NCBI GenBank assembly: GCA_038212275.1
Contig: JBBQUR010000007.1
Span: 96,001 to 160,000, forward strand
Source of the DNA: Planctomycetota bacterium
GTDB lineage: Bacteria > Planctomycetota > B15-G4
Length of the DNA stretch: 64,000 bases
Reading direction: 5' to 3'
The position numbers and the translations under genes were made by a program. Each line of letters begins with the position of its first letter. Position 1 is the first letter of the stretch. The notes beneath the pieces were generated by a model that saw only the letters and a list, made by a program, of their open reading frames with translations, was not told the DNA's origin and searched no databases. This document shows, in pieces, positions 18,888 to 28,406 of the stretch.

Positions 18888-20858
18888 ATGAATCGTTCCA
18901 CGGATTCACGGCTGCTCCTGAAGTCTGCGGCGGCTCCGCCCATCACGCTTGCCGTCGCGCACCTTCGGGTCGCCGCCTGCGTGCTTTTCGGCATGTCGCT
19001 TGGCGCGCCTTCGGGCGCGCAGGGAATGCAGCCAGCACAAGCGGCACAGGGGGGCGCTGCAAAGCACCCGACACTGGAACTCGCGCCGCCGTTCGAGCCC
19101 TTTCAGGGTCACGCTTTCACAGTCGCCATGCCGCCCGAATGGCCGTCGGATTCCGCGGATCGGTCGGACAGCCAGATGGTGCTGCTCGAAGACGGTCTGA
19201 CGCTGGGGCCGGCACACGCGCTGCACTCCGTCATCCGGGAGTCCGGTGCGGGGGCGTGGTCGCACTGGAATGGCACGCTCATTTTCTCCAGCAGCGACGA
19301 ATCGGATCCGAACACCAACGGGCGCCGGTATGTCGTGGAGTACCGAGGGCCGGTCGGTCTGGGCCGCGCGGCGTACGCGCCGCTTTCCCTGCGCGACCCC
19401 TTCGCGCGCCTGCCCGACGTCGACGCTGCAGCCGGGGCTCTGCTGCGCATCGTGCCTCCGCCCGTCGTGCCTCCGCGCATCGTGTGGTGGTACACGATCG
19501 ACGCGCTGCGCGCCGACTCGCTCTTCGCCGAACGCAATGGCCAGCGCGTGATGCCCGAGCTCTCGCACTTCGCGGAAGCCGATGCCGTTCGCTTCGAGCA
19601 TGCCTACGCGACGGCGAGCTTTACCAAGACGTCCACCGCGTCCATGTTCACGGGGCTGTGGCCCACTCACCATCGCGTGCTGCACGGCCTGTTGCCCGTG
19701 TGGCCGACGGGCGTCGAACTGATCTTCGACCTCGACAGCCGCTTCCGCACGCTGGCGTCCGCGTTGAGCGCGCTCGACTACGACACGTGGACCCACCTCT
19801 ACACCCTGCATGTGCGCCCCGGTGACGGCATGCTCGCCGGATTCCGCCACCTCGACCTCGACGTGACGGGCCAGACACCGCTCCCGGTCCCCCCGCCGGA
19901 TGGCCGGCTCTTCGTGTACGAGCACATCCTCGGCGTGCACAGCCCCTACGCACCGAGCGCCGCGGCTCGCACCCGCCTCGCACTGCCGGCACCGACTCAC
20001 GTGGACCCGGCCGGCGTGGGGTGGTTCGAGGGCGCGCTGGACGCCGACGCGCTGCGCGAACTCCGGGAGGCCTACGACGGTGAAGCCGCCGACGCGGACG
20101 AGCGCTTCGCGATGCGCCTCGCGTGGCTGCGGTCTCACGGCCTGTGGGACGACACGCTGCTCATCGTCACCGCCGATCACGGCGAGGGCTTTCTCGAGCA
20201 CGGGCTCACGCAACACAGCAACTCGCTGTACGAAGAAGCCGTGCACGTGCCTCTGCTCATCCACTTTCCGGCCGGCGACGCGCGCGCGCCGCTGCACGGC
20301 AGCAGCCTGCCGCACCGCGTGAGCCTCGCGGACCTGTACCCCACGCTGCTCGCACTGACGGGCGCTGAGGCACCGCCCTACGCGCTCGACGGCGCGAGCC
20401 TGCTTCCGATTCTCGACGGCCAGGAGACCGACCCGCTCGCACGCGACGTCGTGTTGCGCTGCTCCTTCACGCGGCATGTCCAGGGCGGCGACGGCGACGC
20501 GCTCTTCGTCACCGACGCGATCCTTTCCGGGACGCGCAAGGCGCAGTTCGGCTTCCGCATCCAGTCCAGCCAGGACGCGGAGCACGCGTTTCGTCAGGGC
20601 GACTGGATCGCCGAGCTGTTCGACCTGCAGGCTGACCCGGGCGAGGAGCTCGATCTCTCGCCGCAGCAGCCCGACGCCTTCCTTGCCCTCACGGCACGAC
20701 ACGCCGCGGCTTCGCAGCCGTTGCTTCCGCGAGAACCATCGCCGGAAGGCGCGACCGACCCGTCGCTGCGCGCAACGCCGGATGCGCCCTCGCCCGTCGT
20801 GGATCCGGCCGATGCCGCGCGGCTGGAAGCGCTGCGCCAGCTCGGCTACGTTCGCTGA
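18888..20858 (+). CDS. Sulfatase-like (alkaline phosphatase superfamily) hydrolase/transferase with an N-terminal unnamed domain
   Basis: TIDALRAD, ATASFTKTSTASMFTG (no CxPxR), TADHGE, LYEE..HVPL, ELFDL..DPGE and LRQLGY. Probable signal peptide. Confidence 0.8.
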   Translation: MNRSTDSRLLLKSAAAPPITLAVAHLRVAACVLFGMSLGAPSGAQGMQPAQAAQGGAAKHPTLELAPPFEPFQGHAFTVAMPPEWPSDSADRSDSQMVLLEDGLTLGPAHALHSVIRESGAGAWSHWNGTLIFSSSDESDPNTNGRRYVVEYRGPVGLGRAAYAPLSLRDPFARLPDVDAAAGALLRIVPPPVVPPRIVWWYTIDALRADSLFAERNGQRVMPELSHFAEADAVRFEHAYATASFTKTSTASMFTGLWPTHHRVLHGLLPVWPTGVELIFDLDSRFRTLASALSALDYDTWTHLYTLHVRPGDGMLAGFRHLDLDVTGQTPLPVPPPDGRLFVYEHILGVHSPYAPSAAARTRLALPAPTHVDPAGVGWFEGALDADALRELREAYDGEAADADERFAMRLAWLRSHGLWDDTLLIVTADHGEGFLEHGLTQHSNSLYEEAVHVPLLIHFPAGDARAPLHGSSLPHRVSLADLYPTLLALTGAEAPPYALDGASLLPILDGQETDPLARDVVLRCSFTRHVQGGDGDALFVTDAILSGTRKAQFGFRIQSSQDAEHAFRQGDWIAELFDLQADPGEELDLSPQQPDAFLALTARHAAASQPLLPREPSPEGATDPSLRATPDAPSPVVDPADAARLEALRQLGYVR

Positions 20859-20863
20859 GACCC

Positions 20864-22021
20864 ATGGCCGCCCAGCAGCCCGACGCTTCCCGTGATCCCC
20901 GGAGCAGCCGCCTCTCGCTGCTGCAGCGCCTCACCTTCCTGTTCCGCTCGTACGAAATTCCACCGGACAGCCTGCCGTGGCGCGGCCCCTTCAAGCGCGA
21001 CGACCGGCGTTGCTACGTAAGGCCAGTCCCGTCCGAGTGGACCTCCGACGCCAGCGGCCACTCGGCCATCACGTTGTTCGAGGACGGCCTGCCGCTCGGC
21101 CCGGCGCACGCCTCGCACGACGACATCCGCACGCTGGGCAAGGGACGCTACTCGCATTGGGGAGAAGCGCTGTACTTCTCGGCCAGCGACGACACCGACC
21201 CGAACACCAACGGCCGCGTCTATTCGGTGCAGCCTCCCGCGGGCTGGCTCGGGACGCTGCCGCTCTCGCCGTGGCCCGCACCGGACAGCCCCGAGGCGTC
21301 GGAGGAGTCAGCTGTGACGCCTCGCGACCCGGCGCCCGTCGAAGCCGCCGCAACGCCCGCCGGTGCCGAGCGTGCCGAGCATGCCATGACGCGCGCGCAC
21401 GGCGCCGCGGCATCAACGACCCGCCATCCTGCAATCCTCCCGAGTCTCGGCTGGCGCATCCGCGACCTGCCCCCCGCATCGATGACCGCCGTCGAAGGCC
21501 TCGCCGTGCGCTGTGATCTCCCCGCCGACTGGCCCTCGGACGCCGACAGCGTGTCGACCGTGCTGCTGCTCGAGGACGATGTGCCGCTCGCACTCCCTCA
21601 TGCGCTGCACGCCGACATCGTGGCGCGCGGAGGCGGCCGCTATTCGCACTGGGGCACGACGCTCATCTGTTCCTCGAGCGACGGCAGCGATCCGCTCACC
21701 AACGGCCGCCGCTACGCCGCGGCATGGGCCGACGCCTTGCTCTTCAGTCACGCGCCGCAGCCTCCGCATCGCGATGCCGGCCACTGCCACGTGCTGCCGA
21801 TGCTGCCGCGCCACTGGGTCTCGGACGATGCCGGCGTCTCGCGCCTCGTGCTGCTGGAGGACGGCCGTCCACTCGGACCGCCCCACGCCCTGCACGCAGA
21901 GATCCGGGAACTCGGCGGCGGCCGCTTGTCGCACTGGCACGGCCAGCTCCTGTTCTCCACGAGCGACAACAGCGATCCGGCCACGAATGGCCGCACCTAC
22001 GCGGTGCTGCCGCTCGACTGA
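20864..22021 (+). CDS. Hypothetical protein made of three tandem copies of an unnamed ~85-aa domain
   Basis: Three ED.xPL.xxHAxH...G.GRxSHW...S.SD..DP.TNGR.Y repeats. Confidence 0.85.
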   Translation: MAAQQPDASRDPRSSRLSLLQRLTFLFRSYEIPPDSLPWRGPFKRDDRRCYVRPVPSEWTSDASGHSAITLFEDGLPLGPAHASHDDIRTLGKGRYSHWGEALYFSASDDTDPNTNGRVYSVQPPAGWLGTLPLSPWPAPDSPEASEESAVTPRDPAPVEAAATPAGAERAEHAMTRAHGAAASTTRHPAILPSLGWRIRDLPPASMTAVEGLAVRCDLPADWPSDADSVSTVLLLEDDVPLALPHALHADIVARGGGRYSHWGTTLICSSSDGSDPLTNGRRYAAAWADALLFSHAPQPPHRDAGHCHVLPMLPRHWVSDDAGVSRLVLLEDGRPLGPPHALHAEIRELGGGRLSHWHGQLLFSTSDNSDPATNGRTYAVLPLD

Positions 22022-23751
22022 TCCGGGCGCTCCGGGGCCGGCAGACCGAGCACCGTGAGCAGGTCGTGTCGCGGGCAGAAGCGGTCCGTGCCGGCTCGCC
22101 AGAACTCGACCGGCAGCGCAGCGCTCACGATCGGCCACGCTGCGCTTGCCTTCAGGTCAACGGCCGAGGGCGCGGCTGCCAGCGGGCCACGCGCGCCGCT
22201 CTCCGTGTGCGGGCGGCACTCGGGGACGAACACGGTCACCGCATCGAAGGCTTGCGGTGCGAGCGACAGGCACAACTCGTCCGCAGCGGACGCCGGCTTG
22301 CCGGCCAGCGCCGCGCGCACCGGCCACGGCGGCGCGTTCACGCAGAGCAATCCGCCGTGCGCTGCGGCCACCTCGCGCACGCTGCTCGCCAGCAGACCGG
22401 GGCCCGCAGCCTGCGCCGGAAGTCCGGGCAGCATCGGTTGCGCCAGCCCGCGCGCGCTCACCGACCAGCCGGCGTCGCGACGCCGGCGGCCCGGGCAGCC
22501 CGCTGCGGCCGCGGCGCCGATGCCCGGCACCGCGGCCCACGCAAGCAGCAGCGAAAGTTCCTCGCTCCGGGCTCGCAGCGTCGCGTCGATCACGAGCCAG
22601 GCGGCATCGTCATCGCGCTCCGTCTCCGGCCAGGCATTGCGCGTGATCGAGACGGGGGTCACCGGCGAGCCCTCCAGCGACAAGGCCAACGTCCACGCCG
22701 CGCAGCCGCGCTCCGGTCCGCGCAAGACGACGTGGCAGCGGCGCGGCGCGGCGGGCGTGCGCGGCGTCAGCACGTAGACGCCGGGCACGCTGCCGTGCGT
22801 CACCGAGGCGATGGGCAGTTCCCGGCGCGCGCAGGCTGCCTCGACCGCTCGTCGTCCCGCCTCGTAGGCCCACGGCTTGGCGGTGGAGCTGTCCGCGACG
22901 CTGCCGCGTGTGCGCCGCCAGTGGTAGCCGATGCCCGGCAGATGCGCGATGCGCGCGCCCGCATCGAAGGCACGCAGCACGAGGTCGTGATCCTGGGCGC
23001 CATCGAAGGCCGGGCGCAGGCCCTCCAGGCGAACCCACAGCGTGCGACGCAGCGCGAGCAGGTGCGTCACGTAGTTGAAGCCGAGGAGCAGCATCGGCGA
23101 TGGCCCGGGCTTGAAGACCGGATGCACGCGCGCGCCCCATGGCGTGAGCTGATCCTCGTCCGTGTAGAGCATCTGAAGCCGCGGGTCTGCGCCGAAGGCC
23201 GCCGCAAGGCGGGCGAACACGCCGCTCGCGAGCACGTCGTCGTGGTCGAGCAGCACGAAGACGTCGCCGCGGGCCGCGGCCGCCGCAGCGTTGGTGGCCG
23301 TGCTGATGCCGTGCGCGTCGCCGGTCGACCGCAGCAGCTTCACGCGCGGATCGTCCGCCGCCAGCTTGCCAAGCAACGCCAGCACGTCCGGATCGCGGCA
23401 ACCGTCGTCGCAGAGCAGCAACTCCCAGGTGGCGTGATCCTGCGCGGAGATCGAGGCGTAAAGCTCTGCCAGCTGCGCGGCTGGTGGATCGAGCACGGGC
23501 ACGAGCACGGAGACGAGCAACGGCGACTCCGCGTCGTCACGGCGGCCCGGAGCTGCGGAGGAGCCCTGAGCCGGCGAGGCATTCGCCCCGGCCGCCTGCT
23601 GCCGGAGCCAGCTCGTGTAGGATCGTGTCGAAGGGGCGCGGCGATCGCCGATCAGCCCGCTGACCCGCTCCAGTGTCGAGGCGAGGCCCCGGTGGCTGTA
23701 CCAGAGGTAGCCACGCCGCAGCAGGTCGCGCAGTGCGCGCAGGTCGTTCAC
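21997..23751 (-). CDS. GT2 glycosyltransferase (active domain plus a degenerate second domain)
   Basis: VSVLVPV, WELLLCDD, GISTATN, LLDHDD, YTDED, FDGAQDHDL and YHWR. Confidence 0.88.
   Translation of the reverse strand: MNDLRALRDLLRRGYLWYSHRGLASTLERVSGLIGDRRAPSTRSYTSWLRQQAAGANASPAQGSSAAPGRRDDAESPLLVSVLVPVLDPPAAQLAELYASISAQDHATWELLLCDDGCRDPDVLALLGKLAADDPRVKLLRSTGDAHGISTATNAAAAAARGDVFVLLDHDDVLASGVFARLAAAFGADPRLQMLYTDEDQLTPWGARVHPVFKPGPSPMLLLGFNYVTHLLALRRTLWVRLEGLRPAFDGAQDHDLVLRAFDAGARIAHLPGIGYHWRRTRGSVADSSTAKPWAYEAGRRAVEAACARRELPIASVTHGSVPGVYVLTPRTPAAPRRCHVVLRGPERGCAAWTLALSLEGSPVTPVSITRNAWPETERDDDAAWLVIDATLRARSEELSLLLAWAAVPGIGAAAAAGCPGRRRRDAGWSVSARGLAQPMLPGLPAQAAGPGLLASSVREVAAAHGGLLCVNAPPWPVRAALAGKPASAADELCLSLAPQAFDAVTVFVPECRPHTESGARGPLAAAPSAVDLKASAAWPIVSAALPVEFWRAGTDRFCPRHDLLTVLGLPAPERPDQSSGSTA
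23733..23751 (-). repeat. Left copy of an imperfect inverted repeat (GTGAACG-ACCT-GCGCGCAC on the minus strand)
   Basis: Matches 25005-25022 on the plus strand. Confidence 0.6.
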
Positions 23752-23753
23752 CG

Positions 23754-25040
23754 TTGACTTCGCTCCACAACAGGCCTGAGGCCGCGCTCACCATTCTGCA
23801 CGCCGTGCCGCACCTCGATCGCGTGGGCGGTTGCGAGCGGCAGGCACTGCTGCTGGCCTGGCACCAGATGCAGCAGCCGGCAGGTGCCTCCCGCGTGAGG
23901 CCCATGCTGCTCACCCACCAGCAGCTGGACGTCGCACCGCCGCAAGACTCACCAGCTTCCCCGCCCGGATCACCGCTCGCCGCGTCGCCACTCTCCCCGC
24001 CCGTCTGGCGGCTCGCGCGGGGTCTGCGACGTTACCACCCGGGTGCGTGGTGGCGGAATCACGGGTCGGAGGTCGCGCTCGTCCACGCCCACGCCGTGCA
24101 CAAGCTGTGCGGGCAGGTCGTCGCGCTGGCCGCTCGCGACGACGTGCCGAGCCTCGTCAAGGTGGCCACGCCCGAGGACATCGAGCTCTTCGCCGAGCCG
24201 GATCGGTGGCGGCAGTTCATCGAGGCCGATCAGGACCCGGCGCACTACGGACCGCGCTGGCGCTGGATGGCCGCGCTGACCTGGCGGCGCCTCCAGCGCA
24301 GCAGCGCCTTCCTCGCGCTCAACGACGACATCGCCTCCCGGCTGACGTCCCGCGGCCTGAACGTGGAGCGCATCCGCAACGCGGTGGACTGCGAGCACTT
24401 CCAGCCAGTCGACGCCGACGGGCGCGCTGCGGCCCGCGCGGCGCTCGGAGTTCCTCCGTCCACGCCGTGCCTCGCCGCCGTCGGGCGGCTCGTGGCGCGC
24501 AAGGACCTGCGCTGCGTGCTCGACGCTCTCGCCGCACTTGGCGAGCGCGGACCGGCGCTGCTCGTCTGCGGCGACGGCCCGCAGGCCCCCGAGCTGCATC
24601 GCGCCGCACGGCAACTGGGCATCGAAGGCCGCGTGCACTGGCTCGGTGAGACGGCCGACGTCCGCGGAGCGCTGCGCGCGTCCGATGCCTTCGTGCACGC
24701 CTCGCGCAGCGAGGGTTGCCCCAATGCGCTGCTCGAAGCGCTGGCGTGCGGACTGCCCGCGGTCCTGTCGGACATTCCAGGCCACCGCGATGCCGACGTG
24801 CTGCCCGGGGATGCCGCGCTGCTCTTCCCGGCCGGCGACCACGCCGCACTGACAGCAGCACTCGCGCGGCTCTTCGAGGACCCGCTCGCGCGCCTCGCAC
24901 GCGGCGCCGCGGCCCGCGCGACGGCGCTGCATCACTACGCGCTTCCCGTCGTCGGGGCGCGGATGGAACAGCTCTACGTGCGCCACCTCGCGCAGCGGCC
25001 GACCGTGAACGGACGCGCGCACGGCCGCGAGCAGGCCTGA
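23754..25040 (+). CDS. GT4 glycosyltransferase (inverted relative to its neighbours)
   Basis: GGCERQ, IRNAVD, VGRLVARK and EGCPNALLEALACG (EX7E). TTG start estimated. Confidence 0.88.
   Translation: MTSLHNRPEAALTILHAVPHLDRVGGCERQALLLAWHQMQQPAGASRVRPMLLTHQQLDVAPPQDSPASPPGSPLAASPLSPPVWRLARGLRRYHPGAWWRNHGSEVALVHAHAVHKLCGQVVALAARDDVPSLVKVATPEDIELFAEPDRWRQFIEADQDPAHYGPRWRWMAALTWRRLQRSSAFLALNDDIASRLTSRGLNVERIRNAVDCEHFQPVDADGRAAARAALGVPPSTPCLAAVGRLVARKDLRCVLDALAALGERGPALLVCGDGPQAPELHRAARQLGIEGRVHWLGETADVRGALRASDAFVHASRSEGCPNALLEALACGLPAVLSDIPGHRDADVLPGDAALLFPAGDHAALTAALARLFEDPLARLARGAAARATALHHYALPVVGARMEQLYVRHLAQRPTVNGRAHGREQA
25005..25022 (+). repeat. Right copy of an imperfect inverted repeat (GTGAACG-GAC-GCGCGCAC)
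   Basis: Matches the reverse complement of 23733-23751. Confidence 0.6.
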
Positions 25041-25065
25041 GCCGCGTGATGTCGCGGCGGCGGCA

Positions 25066-25125
25066 GCGTGGCGGCGTGGCGGCGTGGCGGCGTGGCGGCG
25101 TGGCGGCGTGGCAGCGTGGCGGCGT
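25066..25125. repeat. 8-bp tandem repeat (GCGTGGCG) x7.5
   Basis: Counted directly; one unit is the variant GCGTGGCA. Lies between convergent stops. Confidence 0.92.
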
Positions 25126-25152
25126 CGCCGCGGAGCCGCAACGCCGCGGCGC

Positions 25153-26790
25153 TTACTCCCGCAGCGGCCGTCCCGCATCCAGCGCAGCCCATCGCAGCCT
25201 GTTGGCGGCGATGAATTGCTCGTGCAGGCTCGCCGAGAGGTCGCGTGCGAGAGCCACGGCATCGGCGGCATGCACGGCGGCATCGGACAGGCGGACCGAG
25301 GCCGGAGCCGGCGGCAGCGCCGGCCCCTGCACCACAGCCTCGGGCGGCGCGACGCCGGACGACACCGGCCGTTGGCGCCTGCACAGCGCGAGCAGCGCCG
25401 ACGTCGCGGGCTCGTCGAGCTGCGCGCCGGCCCGCATCTCGACGACGCCGCGCACGACCGGTGCGGTCTCGGCGACCAGAGGCAGCACGGCCGACACCGT
25501 CGACTCCACCTGCATGAAGAACTCCACCCACTCGAACTCCGCGAGCAGCGTGACGAGTTCCTGCAGCTCCGCCGCGGGCGCTGACCCGGACTCGCCGTCG
25601 GCGGACGCCACGGGAGAGATCGGCACCGAGAAGAGCGCCAACCCGTCCGGCGACAGCACCCGGCGGACATCGCTCACGAGCGCCGCGCGATCGGCCAGGT
25701 CCGCCAGGCCATGCGGGCACAACACGAGGTCGGCGCTCCCGTCGGGCCGCTGCGCGAGATCCGCGCCAGGTCCCACGGACGACACGGCCAGTTCCCTGGC
25801 GCCGGCCGCAAGCCACGTGCGCGAGGCGTCGGTCGCGAGGCCGGCGGCAGCGGCGCGTAGCTCGAGCACGCGACGACCGGCTGCGAATTGCAGAGCGAAG
25901 GATTCACGCGCACCCGCCCTGCCGGTGAGCCGGCCCCCCCGCGTCACCGCATCCGTGGCGCGTGCGGCTGCGGCGCGCAGCACGAAACAGCCGCTGATCA
26001 CGCGCAACGCCTCCTCGGCGAGGCCCTGCTGTTCGCGGTGCAGCCTGGGACGAAGCTCCGCGAGATAGGCCTCGTCCGCGAAGAGATTGGGCGCAAAGTC
26101 GATGATCTGAAAACCGGCCTGCTCCATGGCCAGTCCCAAGCCGACGTGCCGCCAGCGGTTGCCGCACTCGCCACGGCTGTGCCGGAACTCGCGCTGGAAC
26201 TCATCCTCGGCGAGCGTGAGGTATTCGAGCGGACGCGAGAAATCGCGGTGGTCGCGGAAGTCCACCTGGTGGATGCCGCAGCCGCCACGACGCGTGATGC
26301 GTGCCAGACTCTGAAGCGCCCGCGGCACGTTCTCGACGTGCTCGAACACCGCATTGCTCACCACGATGTCGAAGCTGCCGGTGAGCACGCCATCCAGCTC
26401 CTCGACACCGACGTGCAGCGGCGTCAGCGCCGGGGGCACGAACTCGCCGGCCGCCAGCAACGCGAGCAGCGGCTCGGGCGAGAGCTCGCGATGCTGCGTC
26501 GACAGTCGCGTCAGCAGCGAGCGCAGGAACGCGGGGTGGTAGTCCGGATCCCAGGCCGCGAGATAACGGTCGGCCGCGGTCACGTGCGCGCCGTGGCATG
26601 CGAGCAGGATCGCCGTGCCCAGCGAGTAACCGGGGCCCAGTTCCAGCACGCGGCGGCCGACAAGTCCGGCCGAGCCACCGGGCACGCGCTGCACGTACGA
26701 ATCGGCGATGGACAGCGCGTAGTCGACGTCGCGCGCGATGGCCTCCGCGCTGTGGTCCTGCTTGCGATAGTTGACCGGGACGATGGACAT
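25153..26790 (-). CDS. Class I SAM methyltransferase with a second degenerate MTase domain
   Basis: VLELGPG, FDIVVSNAVFEHV, HQVDFRDH; second domain GRRVLEL...VRRVLSPDG. ATG at 26790 follows the wzt stop. Confidence 0.8.
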   Translation of the reverse strand: MSIVPVNYRKQDHSAEAIARDVDYALSIADSYVQRVPGGSAGLVGRRVLELGPGYSLGTAILLACHGAHVTAADRYLAAWDPDYHPAFLRSLLTRLSTQHRELSPEPLLALLAAGEFVPPALTPLHVGVEELDGVLTGSFDIVVSNAVFEHVENVPRALQSLARITRRGGCGIHQVDFRDHRDFSRPLEYLTLAEDEFQREFRHSRGECGNRWRHVGLGLAMEQAGFQIIDFAPNLFADEAYLAELRPRLHREQQGLAEEALRVISGCFVLRAAAARATDAVTRGGRLTGRAGARESFALQFAAGRRVLELRAAAAGLATDASRTWLAAGARELAVSSVGPGADLAQRPDGSADLVLCPHGLADLADRAALVSDVRRVLSPDGLALFSVPISPVASADGESGSAPAAELQELVTLLAEFEWVEFFMQVESTVSAVLPLVAETAPVVRGVVEMRAGAQLDEPATSALLALCRRQRPVSSGVAPPEAVVQGPALPPAPASVRLSDAAVHAADAVALARDLSASLHEQFIAANRLRWAALDAGRPLRE

Positions 26791-26795
26791 GGCGC

Positions 26796-28406
26796 TCAAG
26801 CTCCGCTCGCCGCGGTGGTGCCGGCAGCGCTCGAAAGGCCGGCCCGCTCGGTGCGCCCGGCGCCCTCTGCGGCAGGGGCAACGGGCAGCGGCGCGATGCG
26901 CGACAGGCCGCTCCAGCGCGACGCCGGCTCGTGGAGGACGTCCTGCACGTGGTCGGCGCAGGTGACGGCGAACGCGAGGCAGCGGCTCTCCGAGCACAGC
27001 AGGTCGTCGTTGCCGAAGTGTTCGTAACCGGGCGACACGCCGAGCTTCAACCAGTAGCGGCCCGCGCCGAGTTGCAGCGAAGGAAAGGCGACCTCGATCG
27101 AGAGCGTGCCCTCGACGAGATGCACCCGCGTGCGGTCCGGCCGGCCCGCGCCGTCCAGCGCGCAGACGTTCGTCGTCGTCGCGACATGCACGTTGCGGTC
27201 GTTCCAGATCATGAGGCCGACGTGCACGTCGCGCTTGCGCAGCCGGCTCTCGAGCACGATGCGCACGCGCGCCGGGCGACCCGTCGCGATCTCGTTCGTG
27301 CGTCGACCTTGCTCGTCCAGGAGCGTGATGCCGGCCAGGCGCACGAGCCCGAGCTGGCACACGGCCGGCGCACCCGAGAAATCGATCGGCTGCCAGCAGC
27401 CTTGTTCGTCCAGCCACTCGCCCTGGCCGTTGCTGCGCCCGCGCGCCTCCGGGTCGAAGGGCAGCAGCTCCGACACGTCCCGCGCAGGCAACCAGCTGTC
27501 GGGCCACGCAGGGGCCGACGCCGGCACGGCGTGCGCGGCGATCACGACTTCAGGCGTGGCGTCTGCCCGAGGTCCGTCCGCGCGATCCCCGGTGCCGTGA
27601 TCATCGGCCGCACGCTCGGCACCCGCGCCTGCCGCGGGCGGCGTGCCGACGGACGACACGAAGTCGCGGCCGAGATCGGCCTCGTAGCTCTTGCACACGG
27701 CCAGCGGCTCGCCGTCGGCGACGAGTCGCCCGCCGCGCAGGTAAAGCACGCGATCGCACAGCCGCTCGAGGAAATACAGATTGTGCGAGACGATGAGCGC
27801 GGTCGTGCCGTGGCTGCACAAGTCGACGATGTGCTGCGTGCACTTGCGCACGAAGGCGCCGTCCCCCGTGGCCAGCGCCTCGTCCACGATCATGATCTCG
27901 ACCGGCATGCAGAACGCGACGGCGTACATGAGCCGCGACTTCATGCCCGAGCTGTACGTCCGCAGCGGCTGGTCGATGACGCGCCCGAGCTCCGAGAATT
28001 CGATGACCCAGTCGAGGCGTGCGAGCAGTTCGGCGCGCGCGTAGCCCATGCACAGGCCGCCCATGAGGATGTTCTCGCGGCCGGTGCACTCCTCGTGGAA
28101 GCCCGTGCCCAGTTCGAGCACGGCGCGCAGCCTCCCCGCCAGCGTGAAGCTCCCGCCGGTGTGGTCGAGCGTGCCCGAAAGGATGCGCAGCAGCGTGCTC
28201 TTGCCGGCGCCGTTCGCTCCGACGATGCCGACGCGCTCACCGCGGCCGACCGTGAAGCTCACGTCGTCGAGGGCCAGAAACCTTCGATGGCGGGGCCGAT
28301 GCAGCAGCGCTTCCCGCAGCGCGTCGAGCGGCGTGTCGTACACGCGATAGGCCTTGCACAGGCCGCGCACGTCGATGGCGGGAACGGGGTGCACGACGTC
28401 GCTCAT
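26796..28406 (-). CDS. wzt: Polysaccharide ABC exporter ATPase with Wzt C-terminal domain
   Basis: [15 protein letters not shown]...TGREN, YSSGM, VDEAL.TGD; C-terminal Ig-like domain (L..GRYWL). Confidence 0.92.
   Translation of the reverse strand: MSDVVHPVPAIDVRGLCKAYRVYDTPLDALREALLHRPRHRRFLALDDVSFTVGRGERVGIVGANGAGKSTLLRILSGTLDHTGGSFTLAGRLRAVLELGTGFHEECTGRENILMGGLCMGYARAELLARLDWVIEFSELGRVIDQPLRTYSSGMKSRLMYAVAFCMPVEIMIVDEALATGDGAFVRKCTQHIVDLCSHGTTALIVSHNLYFLERLCDRVLYLRGGRLVADGEPLAVCKSYEADLGRDFVSSVGTPPAAGAGAERAADDHGTGDRADGPRADATPEVVIAAHAVPASAPAWPDSWLPARDVSELLPFDPEARGRSNGQGEWLDEQGCWQPIDFSGAPAVCQLGLVRLAGITLLDEQGRRTNEIATGRPARVRIVLESRLRKRDVHVGLMIWNDRNVHVATTTNVCALDGAGRPDRTRVHLVEGTLSIEVAFPSLQLGAGRYWLKLGVSPGYEHFGNDDLLCSESRCLAFAVTCADHVQDVLHEPASRWSGLSRIAPLPVAPAAEGAGRTERAGLSSAAGTTAASGA

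Noticed and set aside
26790..27507. 5' extension of the methyltransferase ORF
   Set aside because: Overlaps wzt on the same strand in another frame; the real start is ATG 26790.
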